DNA from: an uncultured Nitrospiraceae bacterium
Lineage (GTDB): Bacteria > Nitrospirota > Nitrospiria > Nitrospirales > UBA8639
Direction of reading: 5' to 3'
Length of the DNA: 64,000 nucleotides
Assembly: GCA_963734345.1 (NCBI GenBank)
Contig: CAVTGT010000011.1
Coordinates: forward strand, 505,334-569,333
In this document: positions 1 through 9,074 of the stretch, piece by piece
Position numbering within the stretch: the stretch's first letter is position 1
Layout: each line of letters opens with the position of its first letter
Made by a program: the position numbers and the translations under genes
Notes under the pieces: model-generated
The model's input: only the letters and a program-made list of their open reading frames with translations
The model's database searches: none
What the model was told of the DNA's origin: nothing

Positions 1-923
1 AAGATTGGGAAAACTGGAAAGATATCATGGCGTCGGAACCTGGTCCGCCTTCTACCGAACGGGTGGTGACTCGTCCGAGGCCGGGCCATGCCGATTTGGT
101 TGGAGCGATTAAATATGGCCATCGGGATATTCGAAATGTTCTGGAAAAGGCCAGTGCGAGGGAAACAGCCATTAGAGTAGCGATTGGTGGGGTGGCGAAG
201 TCGTTGCTGGCTCAGTTCGACATGCGGGTGGTCAGCTATACTATGGATATAGGAGGTATTGGTGCTCCAAAACCGAATGATCCGTTGATTGCATATGAAC
301 AAGCGGAACAATCTGAAGTACGATGTCATGACTCTGAGACGGCAAAAAAAATGATTGAACAGATTCGAGCTGCCAAGCATAAAGGAGATTCCTTGGGGGG
401 CATCTTTGAAGTCGTCGTCACGAACGTCCCGATCGGACTAGGGACCTATGCCCAGTGGGATCGGCGACTGGGCGCTCGTTTGGCTTTTGCCGCAATGAGT
501 ATTCAAGCCATGAAAGGCGTTGAAATCGGAATGGGATTTGAATCGGCCCGCCGATTTGGGTCCGAAGTGCACGACGATATTTATTTTGATAAAGCCGCAG
601 GACAATTTATCAGGAAGTCGAACAATGCTGGAGGATTAGAAGGGGGTATTACCAATGGGCAACCGATTGTCCTGCGGGTGGCCATGAAACCCATCGCCAC
701 TCTATACACTCCAAAAGACAGCGTGGATATCGAGACAAAAGAACCCTTCGAGGCCACCGTGGAGCGCTCGGATATTTGTACCGTGCCGGCGGCTGGCGTT
801 GTCGGAGAATCCGTGATTGCATATGAAATGGCCAACGCTCTGATTGAAAAATTTGGAGGAGACACGTTGGATGAGATGAAACGGAACTTCGAATCCTATC
901 AAACATATGTCCGTTCTTTTTAG
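1..923 (+). CDS. aroC: chorismate synthase, 5'-partial (runs off the window start)
   Basis: The reading frame is open from the window edge. It contains RPRPGHADLVGAIKYGHRDIRNVLEKASARETAIRVAIG, a typical chorismate synthase core. aroB follows it. Confidence 0.9.
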   Translation, partial: DWENWKDIMASEPGPPSTERVVTRPRPGHADLVGAIKYGHRDIRNVLEKASARETAIRVAIGGVAKSLLAQFDMRVVSYTMDIGGIGAPKPNDPLIAYEQAEQSEVRCHDSETAKKMIEQIRAAKHKGDSLGGIFEVVVTNVPIGLGTYAQWDRRLGARLAFAAMSIQAMKGVEIGMGFESARRFGSEVHDDIYFDKAAGQFIRKSNNAGGLEGGITNGQPIVLRVAMKPIATLYTPKDSVDIETKEPFEATVERSDICTVPAAGVVGESVIAYEMANALIEKFGGDTLDEMKRNFESYQTYVRSF

Positions 924-1010
924 GCATTTCAACATAACCTGTCAACCGATAGGATTTTTTTCGTTCATCCCTGCCTTCCAAATGATCCCTTCTGTGGTGA
1001 CTTCCTTTAA

Positions 1011-2177
1011 ATGAAAACCACTTTGTACTCACATCAAGTTCCGGTTTCTTTAGGAGATCGGAGCTATGAAGTCTTGATTCAACCCAAAGCTCTCACTCAG
1101 ATTGGCTCTGTGCTTCAAGATCTTGGATTATCAGGCCGGGTGGGCATTGTGACCAATCCGGTCGTCAAGGAACTCTATGGCCAGGTTGTCCACCGTGCAT
1201 TAAAAAGAGCGGGATTTTCTCCATTTCTCATAGTAATTCCCGATGGAGAACAGGCTAAATCGATGTCCTGGTTATCAAAAATATTGGATGCACTTGTGAC
1301 CCATCGATGCGAACGCCAGGATGTGGTGTTGGCGTTAGGTGGAGGGGTCGTGGGCGATGTAGCAGGATTTGCGGCCTCCGTGTACTTGCGCGGTGTCCAA
1401 TTTGTCCAAGTGCCGACAACCTTGGTTGCCCAGGTAGACTCCAGTGTGGGTGGCAAAACAGGGATTAACCACTCTTTGGGAAAAAATTTGATAGGAGCGT
1501 TTTATCAGCCACGTGTCGTGATAATTGATCCTGAAGCATTGCAGACGCTTCCCAAGCGTGAATGGGTAGCGGGATTAGCGGAGGTGATTAAGTATGGCAT
1601 GATTGCCGATTCCCAGTTTTTTGAATATTTGGAACGGCATATTGAAGGATTGCGTGCGCAAGCGGAAGAAGTTATCCCTGGAGTGATACGCCGATGTTGT
1701 GAAATTAAAGCTGAGGTGGTGGGAGGGGATGAGCGAGAGTCCGGACGCCGACGCATTTTGAATTATGGCCATACGGTCGGCCATGCTTTGGAAACCTGGG
1801 GTCATTATAAAAAATGGATCCATGGAGAAGCAGTGGGAATTGGAATGGTCCAGGAGGCTGCGATTGCCCAGTATTTGGGAATGTGCAACAAGGAGGTTGT
1901 GGAACGGCAACGTGACCTGATTCAGGATGTGGGGTTACCCATAGCAATGCCCTCCATGAATTTTCAGGAACTCTGGGGTGCCATGCAACACGATAAAAAG
2001 GTCGTCAAGGGTCAAATAAATTGTGTGGTGCCCAAAAGAATCGGTGAGGTACAGGTCGTGCCTTTGGTTCAACAACGGATTCGCCAATGGTTTGCCTCCA
2101 GTCAGTCCTCTCGTACAAAACAATTAAAGCCGGTTTTACGGACGTCGACCCGTCCGCGTCAACTCAAGAAAAATTAA
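1011..2177 (+). CDS. aroB: 3-dehydroquinate synthase
   Basis: Motifs GGGVVGDVAGFAA and VQVPTTLVAQVDSSVGGKTGINH, and the HTVGHALE metal site. Adjacent to aroC. Confidence 0.9.
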   Translation: MKTTLYSHQVPVSLGDRSYEVLIQPKALTQIGSVLQDLGLSGRVGIVTNPVVKELYGQVVHRALKRAGFSPFLIVIPDGEQAKSMSWLSKILDALVTHRCERQDVVLALGGGVVGDVAGFAASVYLRGVQFVQVPTTLVAQVDSSVGGKTGINHSLGKNLIGAFYQPRVVIIDPEALQTLPKREWVAGLAEVIKYGMIADSQFFEYLERHIEGLRAQAEEVIPGVIRRCCEIKAEVVGGDERESGRRRILNYGHTVGHALETWGHYKKWIHGEAVGIGMVQEAAIAQYLGMCNKEVVERQRDLIQDVGLPIAMPSMNFQELWGAMQHDKKVVKGQINCVVPKRIGEVQVVPLVQQRIRQWFASSQSSRTKQLKPVLRTSTRPRQLKKN

Positions 2178-2178
2178 C

Positions 2179-3432
2179 ATGGCTCAGACCCGCCACTCGA
2201 CTACAGAAGAGCTGAAACACACCGTGCGGGAACGGACGCGGGAGGTGCACATTCTTCATCGCATCAGCGAATCCATTAGTAGTACCTTGGAACTGGAAAC
2301 GGTGTTGAAACAAATTGTGGAAGTGGTGGTTGAGGTCACGAAAGGCGATGCCTGCCTGTTGTATTTAATTTCTGAAACAACAGACGAACTCATTCTTCGT
2401 GCCTCGAAAAATCCCCATCCCCGGCTTATCGGGCGAATATCCATCGGATTGGGAGAAGGAATTACCGGGTGGGTGGCCCGGGAAAAAGTTCCAGTGGTGA
2501 TTCCTCGCAATGCGAGCGATGACGCAAGATTCAAATTTTTTCACCGCCTGCCAGAAGACCGATACCAGGCATTTGTGTCAGTCCCGATTATGAGTAAGGG
2601 GAAAATGATCGGAGTCATTAATGTGCAGCATAAGCGGCCCAAGCGTTATGCCGAAGAGACGCTGGCCCTTTTACTCACCATTGCTAATCAGGTCGGGGGA
2701 GCGATTGCCAATGCCAGACTCTATGATGACATGCGACAAAAAGCCCGCCGATTGGAAACCCTTTCACAGGTTTCTGAAACTGTGGCCTCTAATCGACTCA
2801 TAGAGGATGTGCTGCAATTAATTGTCACCATGACGGCTCAGCTGATGAATTCCAAGATTTGCTCTATTATGCTTGTTGATCAGGAATCGGGGGAACTTCG
2901 TATTGCCGCCACCCAAAGCTTAAGTGATGCCTACCGGCGGAAAGCCCCGTTAAAAGTTGGTCAAAGCATGAGCGGACGGGCTGTGCAAGAGCAGTATCCG
3001 GTATATGTTCCGGATGTGACGGCAGAGGATGGATATTTTTATCGTGACTTGGCTAAACAGGAAGGGCTCCATTCGTTGTTGTCTATCCCCATGCTCATGA
3101 AAGATAACCCAATAGGCGTGATTAATGTGTACACCTCCAGTTATCACGCTTTTTCAGATGAAGAGGTTAAAACGCTACAAGCCATTGCGAATCAATCGGC
3201 AGTCGCCATTGAGCATACCCGCCTCATGGAAAAATCATTTGAGATGCAGGAGGCACTGGAAGTGCGAAAATTGGTTGAGCGTGCTAAAGGGTTTTTAATG
3301 ATGTCCAAGGGGTTGTCAGAACCTGAAGCGTTTCGCCTCATGCAACGACAAAGCATGAATCTTCGAAAATCCATGAGGGAAATCGCTGATGCCATTATTC
3401 TTGCTGAGGAACTTCAACGGGCCACTCAGTAG
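2179..3432 (+). CDS. GAF-GAF-ANTAR RNA-binding antitermination regulator
   Basis: Two GAF-like halves (..GITGWVAREK.., ..SMSGRAVQEQ..) and a C-terminal ANTAR-like segment (LVERAKGFLMMSKGLSEPEAFRLMQRQSMNLRKSMREIADAII). Confidence 0.8.
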   Translation: MAQTRHSTTEELKHTVRERTREVHILHRISESISSTLELETVLKQIVEVVVEVTKGDACLLYLISETTDELILRASKNPHPRLIGRISIGLGEGITGWVAREKVPVVIPRNASDDARFKFFHRLPEDRYQAFVSVPIMSKGKMIGVINVQHKRPKRYAEETLALLLTIANQVGGAIANARLYDDMRQKARRLETLSQVSETVASNRLIEDVLQLIVTMTAQLMNSKICSIMLVDQESGELRIAATQSLSDAYRRKAPLKVGQSMSGRAVQEQYPVYVPDVTAEDGYFYRDLAKQEGLHSLLSIPMLMKDNPIGVINVYTSSYHAFSDEEVKTLQAIANQSAVAIEHTRLMEKSFEMQEALEVRKLVERAKGFLMMSKGLSEPEAFRLMQRQSMNLRKSMREIADAIILAEELQRATQ

Positions 3433-3483
3433 GTAGATCGAAAGGCGTTCATGCAAATAACCGGAATTCTGGTGAAAGGCGGT

Positions 3484-3511
3484 TTGACGGGTCCTTAATC
3501 GTTTGTATAAT
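3484..3511 (+). promoter_or_regulatory. sigma70-like promoter (TTGACG, 16-nt spacer, TATAAT)
   Basis: TTGACG at 3484-3489 and TATAAT at 3506-3511, in the intergenic region upstream of nadE. Confidence 0.4.
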
Positions 3512-3520
3512 GTTTTGAAG

Positions 3521-3571
3521 GGAGACAACGAAGTCTTCGTGTAATTTTTGGCTCAAGGGACAATGACGTCC
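3521..3571 (+). promoter_or_regulatory. candidate ANTAR target RNA: two stem-loops with AxxGxx hexaloops
   Basis: P1 has stem 3521-3526/3533-3538 (GGAGAC/GUCUUC) and loop AACGAA. P2 has stem 3558-3561/3568-3571 (GGAC/GUCC) and loop AAUGAC. The 3' arm of P2 overlaps the 5' arm of the terminator. Confidence 0.45.
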
Positions 3572-3604
3572 TCGGTTCCACTGGGACAGAGGACGTTTTT
3601 TTTA
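3565..3604 (+). terminator. rho-independent terminator or attenuator
   Basis: Stem ACGTCCTC (3566-3573) pairs with GAGGACGT (3589-3596), followed by a T8 run that ends 3 nt before the nadE ATG. Confidence 0.6.
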
Positions 3605-3606
3605 TT

Positions 3607-5397
3607 ATGACCCTTCGATTGGCGATGGTTCAGATGAATGCGGTGGTTGGAGACCTTGAGGGTAATGTGCGTGCTATTTGCCGGTGGATCCGGGAGGCCA
3701 GGAAGGCGAAAGCGGATGTGGTCGTCTTCCCGGAATTGGCTGTGTGCGGATATCCTCCGGAAGATCTACTCCTTATGCCTAAGTTTCTTCTTGATATCAG
3801 CCGTATGCGCGATCGTATTGCCAAAGTCACAACCGGGATTATGGCAGTGGTGGGAAGTGTGATAGAACACGGTTATCTAATTCAACGTCCCCTCCAGGAG
3901 TCGTCGTCTGATACAAAGAAACCATTTAATGCGGCTTGGATTTTGGTAAATGGCCAAATAAAAAAACCCTATGCCAAATGTAATCTGCCTAACTATGGGG
4001 TGTTTGATGAAGAACGGTATTTTCAACCGGGAAGGGTCAGTCAGATCTATAGTTTGGGATCGATGCGAATTGGAATCAATATTTGTGAAGACATATGGTT
4101 TGCAGATGGTCCAGCCAGCCGGCAAGCCATCACTGGAGGTGCTCACCTGATTTTGAACATCAATGCTTCACCCTATCATGTCGGGAAAACACAAATCCGC
4201 GAACGTATGTTGGCGGCTCGCGCGAAGGACAACGATGTGATCGTGAGTTACACTAATATGGTTGGGGGACAGGATGAATTGGTGTTTGATGGAAATAGTC
4301 TCGTATTGGACTCTACCGGTCTCGTGGTCGCAAGGGCGAAAGCCTTTGATGAAGACCTCCTACTCACTGAACTTCAGATACCATCGGTCCGAAGGCGAAT
4401 ACACAAAAAGATTGGAACTCTATCAGGAAATAAAGCCGATAATGTTCGGATTCCCACTATTCGTATTGGTTGGACACCGGTGCGGGCGCAATCTGCAGGT
4501 CCTGTTGCCACAAGGATAACACCGGCAATCGAGGTGTCAGAGGAAATATACCGGGCATTAGTGCTGGGGGTGAAAGATTATGTGAGAAAGAATGGATTCT
4601 CTAAGGTGCTGGTGGGGATCAGCGGGGGTATCGATTCGGCCTTAACAGCCGTTATTGCCCGAGATGCCTTAGGACCTTCCAATGTGATGGGGGTGATGAT
4701 GCCATCTCCCTATACCTCACGGGAAAGCCGACAGGATTCCCGACAATTAGGGAAAAATTTAGGAATTGAATTACTCAATCTTTCGATAACCAGCGTGTTC
4801 AAGGTATTTCTTCGACTGTTGCAAAAATCTTTTCAGGGGTGTCAGACTGATACGACGGAAGAGAACCTGCAAGCCCGAATCCGAGGAACCCTTCTGATGG
4901 CTCTTTCTAATAAGTTTGAATATTTAGTATTGACAACGGGGAATAAAAGCGAAATGAGTGTGGGGTATGCCACACTCTATGGGGATATGGCTGGCGGTTT
5001 TGCAGTCATCAAAGATGTTCCAAAAACGACGGTGTATCAACTTTCTCGATGGCGAAGTGAGTACAAGGGTTCTTATTTTGAGAGGGTGATCATTCCTGAG
5101 AGAATTCAGGTACGTGCGCCTTCGGCTGAACTAAAGCCGGATCAAACAGATCAGGACACACTCCCGCCTTATCCGGTATTAGACGCGATTTTGCAAGCCT
5201 ATGTTGAGGACAACTATTCACGAAACAGGATTGTGAAGATGGGATATGATGCACATGTCGTACGAAAAGTCATGGGTATGGTGGATCACAGTGAATACAA
5301 ACGTCGACAAGCTCCGGTGGGAATTAAAATTACTCCGAGGGCATTTGGAAAGGATCGGCGGATGCCGATTACCAACCGGTTTCCTTCAGATACCTAA
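3607..5397 (+). CDS. nadE: glutamine-dependent NAD+ synthetase
   Basis: N-terminal CN-hydrolase domain (FPELAVCGYPPEDL, NICEDIW) and a C-terminal NAD synthase domain with the SGGIDS P-loop. Confidence 0.9.
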   Translation: MTLRLAMVQMNAVVGDLEGNVRAICRWIREARKAKADVVVFPELAVCGYPPEDLLLMPKFLLDISRMRDRIAKVTTGIMAVVGSVIEHGYLIQRPLQESSSDTKKPFNAAWILVNGQIKKPYAKCNLPNYGVFDEERYFQPGRVSQIYSLGSMRIGINICEDIWFADGPASRQAITGGAHLILNINASPYHVGKTQIRERMLAARAKDNDVIVSYTNMVGGQDELVFDGNSLVLDSTGLVVARAKAFDEDLLLTELQIPSVRRRIHKKIGTLSGNKADNVRIPTIRIGWTPVRAQSAGPVATRITPAIEVSEEIYRALVLGVKDYVRKNGFSKVLVGISGGIDSALTAVIARDALGPSNVMGVMMPSPYTSRESRQDSRQLGKNLGIELLNLSITSVFKVFLRLLQKSFQGCQTDTTEENLQARIRGTLLMALSNKFEYLVLTTGNKSEMSVGYATLYGDMAGGFAVIKDVPKTTVYQLSRWRSEYKGSYFERVIIPERIQVRAPSAELKPDQTDQDTLPPYPVLDAILQAYVEDNYSRNRIVKMGYDAHVVRKVMGMVDHSEYKRRQAPVGIKITPRAFGKDRRMPITNRFPSDT

Positions 5398-5440
5398 GAA
5401 GGATGTGTTTCATGACCCGTATTCCGGAGAATAGCATGCG

Positions 5441-8146
5441 ATGAGCGCAGACAATTCTTTTACCTCTACGTTTTTTACAGATCTTAAGACGTCCTCATTG
5501 GGCCTTCATGTTCTTCATGAGCAACGGGAGATCCTTCGACATCGATTGATCGAAGGGGTGACCGGCGGTGAGATCACTCAAGCCTTTTCTGATTTTATGG
5601 ATGCCCTACTGATCGCGCGGTTTCGTGAGGTGATTCAACAAGGCAATGCTGGAGTACGAGCCGGATGGCAGCAGTGTTGCTTGGTGGCGATGGGAGGATA
5701 TGGACGGCGGGAATTAGCGCCGTACTCGGATATTGATGTCATGGTCTTGACCCAGGGCAATCAACCGGAAGTCGCTCAGGCGCTTTCTACAGGGGTCTTC
5801 CATCGTCTGTGGGACCTGGGTTTTCAAGTTGGCCATAGTGTCCGGTCTATTATGGAATGCCTGACGATTGCGGAAACCGATTTGCCAGTTTGCACCTCGC
5901 TGTTGGAATCTCGTTTCCTTGCCGGCAGTGCTCCGGTGTTCCAGACATTTCAGAGAAAATTTGAGCGTCGGGTCATCAAAAAAAAGTCGCAACGATTTAT
6001 TCTGGAAAAAATTGAAGAGCGCGACCGGGAATATGTCAAATTTGGCGAGAGCGTCTTTATGCTTGAACCGAATATTAAAAAGAGCAAGGGCGGACTGCGG
6101 GATGTGCACCTCCTGCAATGGATTGGCCAGGTTCGATATGGGGCGGGGACGATTCAGGAGCTATCGAATCGGGGATTGATTGCCATTCAGGATTATCAGG
6201 TGTTGCAGGAAGCGCAAGAATTTCTCTGGCGCGTTCGATGCTTTTTACATTTTGAGGCGGGACGGGCTCAAGATATTCTCACGTTTGATGATCAGGTCAG
6301 GCTCTCTGCGCAATGGGGGTTCGTGGACCATCCGCATTTGTTGGCGGTAGAGCAATTCATGCAGGTGTATTTCCGTCATACGACGGGGCTATTTGACCGA
6401 TGTCGACGGTTTCTTGATCAAGCCAAGGAAGTAGGTTGGTGGGGCCGAGTTCGACGATGGTGGCCTCCGCCCTTAATTGAAGGGTGCTTCAGTATTTTGG
6501 AAAATCGGCTGACTATTCAGCCAGATAAATTACTCGAGGTTCTGGAGAGCCCCATGTTGCTCCTCAGGTTGTTTGAGATTTCTCATCGTAGAGCGGTCTG
6601 CATCGATTCGCGCATCCTCAATGAATTGTCGCAGCATATGGGAACTATCCCCAATGAACGGTTTCATACGGAACAGGTGAGTGCGCTCTTTCGACAAATT
6701 CTTTCAAGCCCCGGCCGAATTGCACAAACTCTGGAGGCCATGCATCAGGCTAGCCTGCTGGAAAAGTTGGTGCCGGCTTTCTCCAGGGTACGGGGCCTCA
6801 TGCAGTTCAATCAATATCATAAATATACAGTGGATGAGCATAGTCTTCTCGCGGTAAGGGAAGCAGAACGTTTACAGGACCATCCCGGGATGATAGGAGA
6901 CGTCTATCGGAAAATTTCTGATAAAGACCTCTTGCATCTTGCCCTCTTGCTGCATGATTTAGGAAAGGGGCGCCCCGGGGATCATAGTGAAGTGGGTCGG
7001 GAGATTGCCCATAAAACAGCTGATCGGTTGGGATTATCTGAGAAGGAGCGGCAAGTTCTCGCCTTCCTGGTCTTTTACCACTTACAGATGTCTCATACGG
7101 CCTTCCGTCGAGACCTCAACGATCCAAAAATTATCGTAAATTTTGCCCGAAAGGTGAAGACCGTGGAGGTGTTACAGAAAATGTTTATTCTGACCATTGC
7201 TGATATATCAGCGGTTGGCCCTGAAGTGATGACGAAATGGAAAGAGGCCCTATTGGGTGAACTCTATTCCCAGACTTACAACGAACTTGTCGGTGACAAA
7301 GGCCGTGCTTATCCTGCCAATGGGGAGGAGAATCTTCAAACAGGTACTCGAGACGAACTCATCGCGATCTTACGTGAACACCGACTTGAAGGACAGATGG
7401 ATGAACCCGATTGGTCACTATGGGTGGATGCCCACCTTCAACAACTTCCTACCCGGTATGTTCAGTCGACACCGGTTGACCAAATGGCGGCATATCTCTT
7501 AGCTATTCGTTCCTTAGTTGTCAAGCCGACCCATGTGGAGGCCAGATTTAATAAGATACTAAGCGTTTCGGAGTACGTGTTGATCACACATGAACAAACC
7601 AAACCTGGTATTTTCATGCAAGTGAGTGGGGTATTAGCGGCCATGGGATTGGAAGTATTGGAAGCGCAAATTATGACACTCCAGGATGGCACGGTGTGGG
7701 ATGTGTTTTCGGTCTACGATCCCGATTATGAAGGGTCGCCACCTGCAAGCCGATTGGAAGAAGTGTCGAAGGAAATTCAAGAGGTCGTGGAAGGACGGGA
7801 ATCGGTACATCAATTATTTGAACGACGACGGCGTATGGCTTTTGGCCGCCCATTTCCCACGGGTCGGCATCCCACAGAAGTCCACATCGATCAGGAGATT
7901 TCTGATACCTTTACGGTGATTGATGTGTTCGCCGACGATAAGCAAGGGTTGCTCTTTGTGATTGCCAAAGCGCTGGTCAGTTTGGACTTATCGATTCATA
8001 TGGCAAGGATAGGCACCAGGTTAGACCAGGTGGCAGACATTTTTTATGTGACGAATCTGCAGGGAGAAAAATATTTTTCCGGTGAAGTCTGCGAACAAAT
8101 TAAACACACTCTTCACACCGCCATTGAACAATTTCTGGCTGAGTAG
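5441..8146 (+). CDS. glnD: [protein-PII] uridylyltransferase/uridylyl-removing enzyme
   Basis: Nucleotidyltransferase motif GGYGRRELAPYSDIDV, HD domain (LLLHDLGKG), C-terminal ACT-like repeats, about 900 aa. Confidence 0.9.
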   Translation: MSADNSFTSTFFTDLKTSSLGLHVLHEQREILRHRLIEGVTGGEITQAFSDFMDALLIARFREVIQQGNAGVRAGWQQCCLVAMGGYGRRELAPYSDIDVMVLTQGNQPEVAQALSTGVFHRLWDLGFQVGHSVRSIMECLTIAETDLPVCTSLLESRFLAGSAPVFQTFQRKFERRVIKKKSQRFILEKIEERDREYVKFGESVFMLEPNIKKSKGGLRDVHLLQWIGQVRYGAGTIQELSNRGLIAIQDYQVLQEAQEFLWRVRCFLHFEAGRAQDILTFDDQVRLSAQWGFVDHPHLLAVEQFMQVYFRHTTGLFDRCRRFLDQAKEVGWWGRVRRWWPPPLIEGCFSILENRLTIQPDKLLEVLESPMLLLRLFEISHRRAVCIDSRILNELSQHMGTIPNERFHTEQVSALFRQILSSPGRIAQTLEAMHQASLLEKLVPAFSRVRGLMQFNQYHKYTVDEHSLLAVREAERLQDHPGMIGDVYRKISDKDLLHLALLLHDLGKGRPGDHSEVGREIAHKTADRLGLSEKERQVLAFLVFYHLQMSHTAFRRDLNDPKIIVNFARKVKTVEVLQKMFILTIADISAVGPEVMTKWKEALLGELYSQTYNELVGDKGRAYPANGEENLQTGTRDELIAILREHRLEGQMDEPDWSLWVDAHLQQLPTRYVQSTPVDQMAAYLLAIRSLVVKPTHVEARFNKILSVSEYVLITHEQTKPGIFMQVSGVLAAMGLEVLEAQIMTLQDGTVWDVFSVYDPDYEGSPPASRLEEVSKEIQEVVEGRESVHQLFERRRRMAFGRPFPTGRHPTEVHIDQEISDTFTVIDVFADDKQGLLFVIAKALVSLDLSIHMARIGTRLDQVADIFYVTNLQGEKYFSGEVCEQIKHTLHTAIEQFLAE

Positions 8147-8202
8147 TTCCCCATGCACAAGCGATGGAGGAGGAGATTTAGAAGGCGAAAATCCATAAAT
8201 AC

Positions 8203-8484
8203 TTAGGGTTTTTCAGCCAGAAACCAGCCTTTGGCCATTAAGCACTGCTCCATGGCATCTTCAGAAATTCCAAATTTAAGGGAGAGAATTTCTGAAAATT
8301 TTTGATCGCCGGAGCCCGAAATTAATGTTTGGCGGCACTGATTGACGTCCTCTTCAAATTCGCCTGGTCTGGCATCGGATTTTGCCCAATACAATTGTGG
8401 ATTGCATCCGACCGTGAGGATGATTAAAAAGGCGGAAAGAACTCCGGTATGCCAGAAATAGAAATGTTTAAATGGGTCGCTCAT
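8203..8484 (-). CDS. small lipoprotein, unknown function
   Basis: Signal peptide with lipobox LTVGC. The start was chosen at the internal ATG (MSDPFKH..). Confidence 0.5.
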   Translation of the reverse strand: MSDPFKHFYFWHTGVLSAFLIILTVGCNPQLYWAKSDARPGEFEEDVNQCRQTLISGSGDQKFSEILSLKFGISEDAMEQCLMAKGWFLAEKP

Positions 8485-8755
8485 CAGGGAAAGCACACAC
8501 AAAAAGACATTTCTTTAGCATACCAGACGTGTCTTTGTGGTAAAAGAGGACGTCTTCGTTAATTTGAAATAATTCGAAGGGAGACCGGTCTTAATACCCA
8601 CCGATTCTGCCCCGCAACTCCTAAGCTCTCCTAAACATAACGAGAATGGTTTTGTGTTCAATCTTGCCGGTTGACACGGGAAAGATGGTTCGGTATTTGG
8701 TGACGCGAGATGTGGCACCGTCAAAATTTAAAAATGATTTTCAAAAAGCGGTCAA

Positions 8756-8929
8756 TTAGAGTGTGCGGTGAACGAGTCGTGATTGTCGGTTGCCCCTGGT
8801 ATTTGAAGTGGCCTGTATTGCCGCTAAGGCCTGCGAGGTGATCGCAGTATCACACTGAATGCAGCACCAATAGGCTCCGGTCGGGGCAAGAGTACTTTTT
8901 TGACATTGAGGACAGCGTTGAAATGACAT
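8756..8929 (-). CDS. 57-aa zinc-ribbon-like protein (below the ORF-track cutoff)
   Basis: ATG at 8929 is preceded by AAGGAG. Translation is MSFQRCPQCQKSTLAPTGAYWCCIQCDTAI.., with paired CxxC motifs. The stop codon is at 8756-8758. Confidence 0.45.
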   Translation of the reverse strand: MSFQRCPQCQKSTLAPTGAYWCCIQCDTAITSQALAAIQATSNTRGNRQSRLVHRTL

Positions 8930-9074
8930 TGAGATCTCCTTTTTTTATAAACCGTGGTCAAGCAAATTATAAAAGCAAGCGGGGGACCCAGGGAGTGCGG
9001 GTGGATCCCCCACCGGCTTGGAGAAGGGATGGTCCCTCTCCCGGAAAGTGCAATTGCTCGTCAAGAGTTATCCA

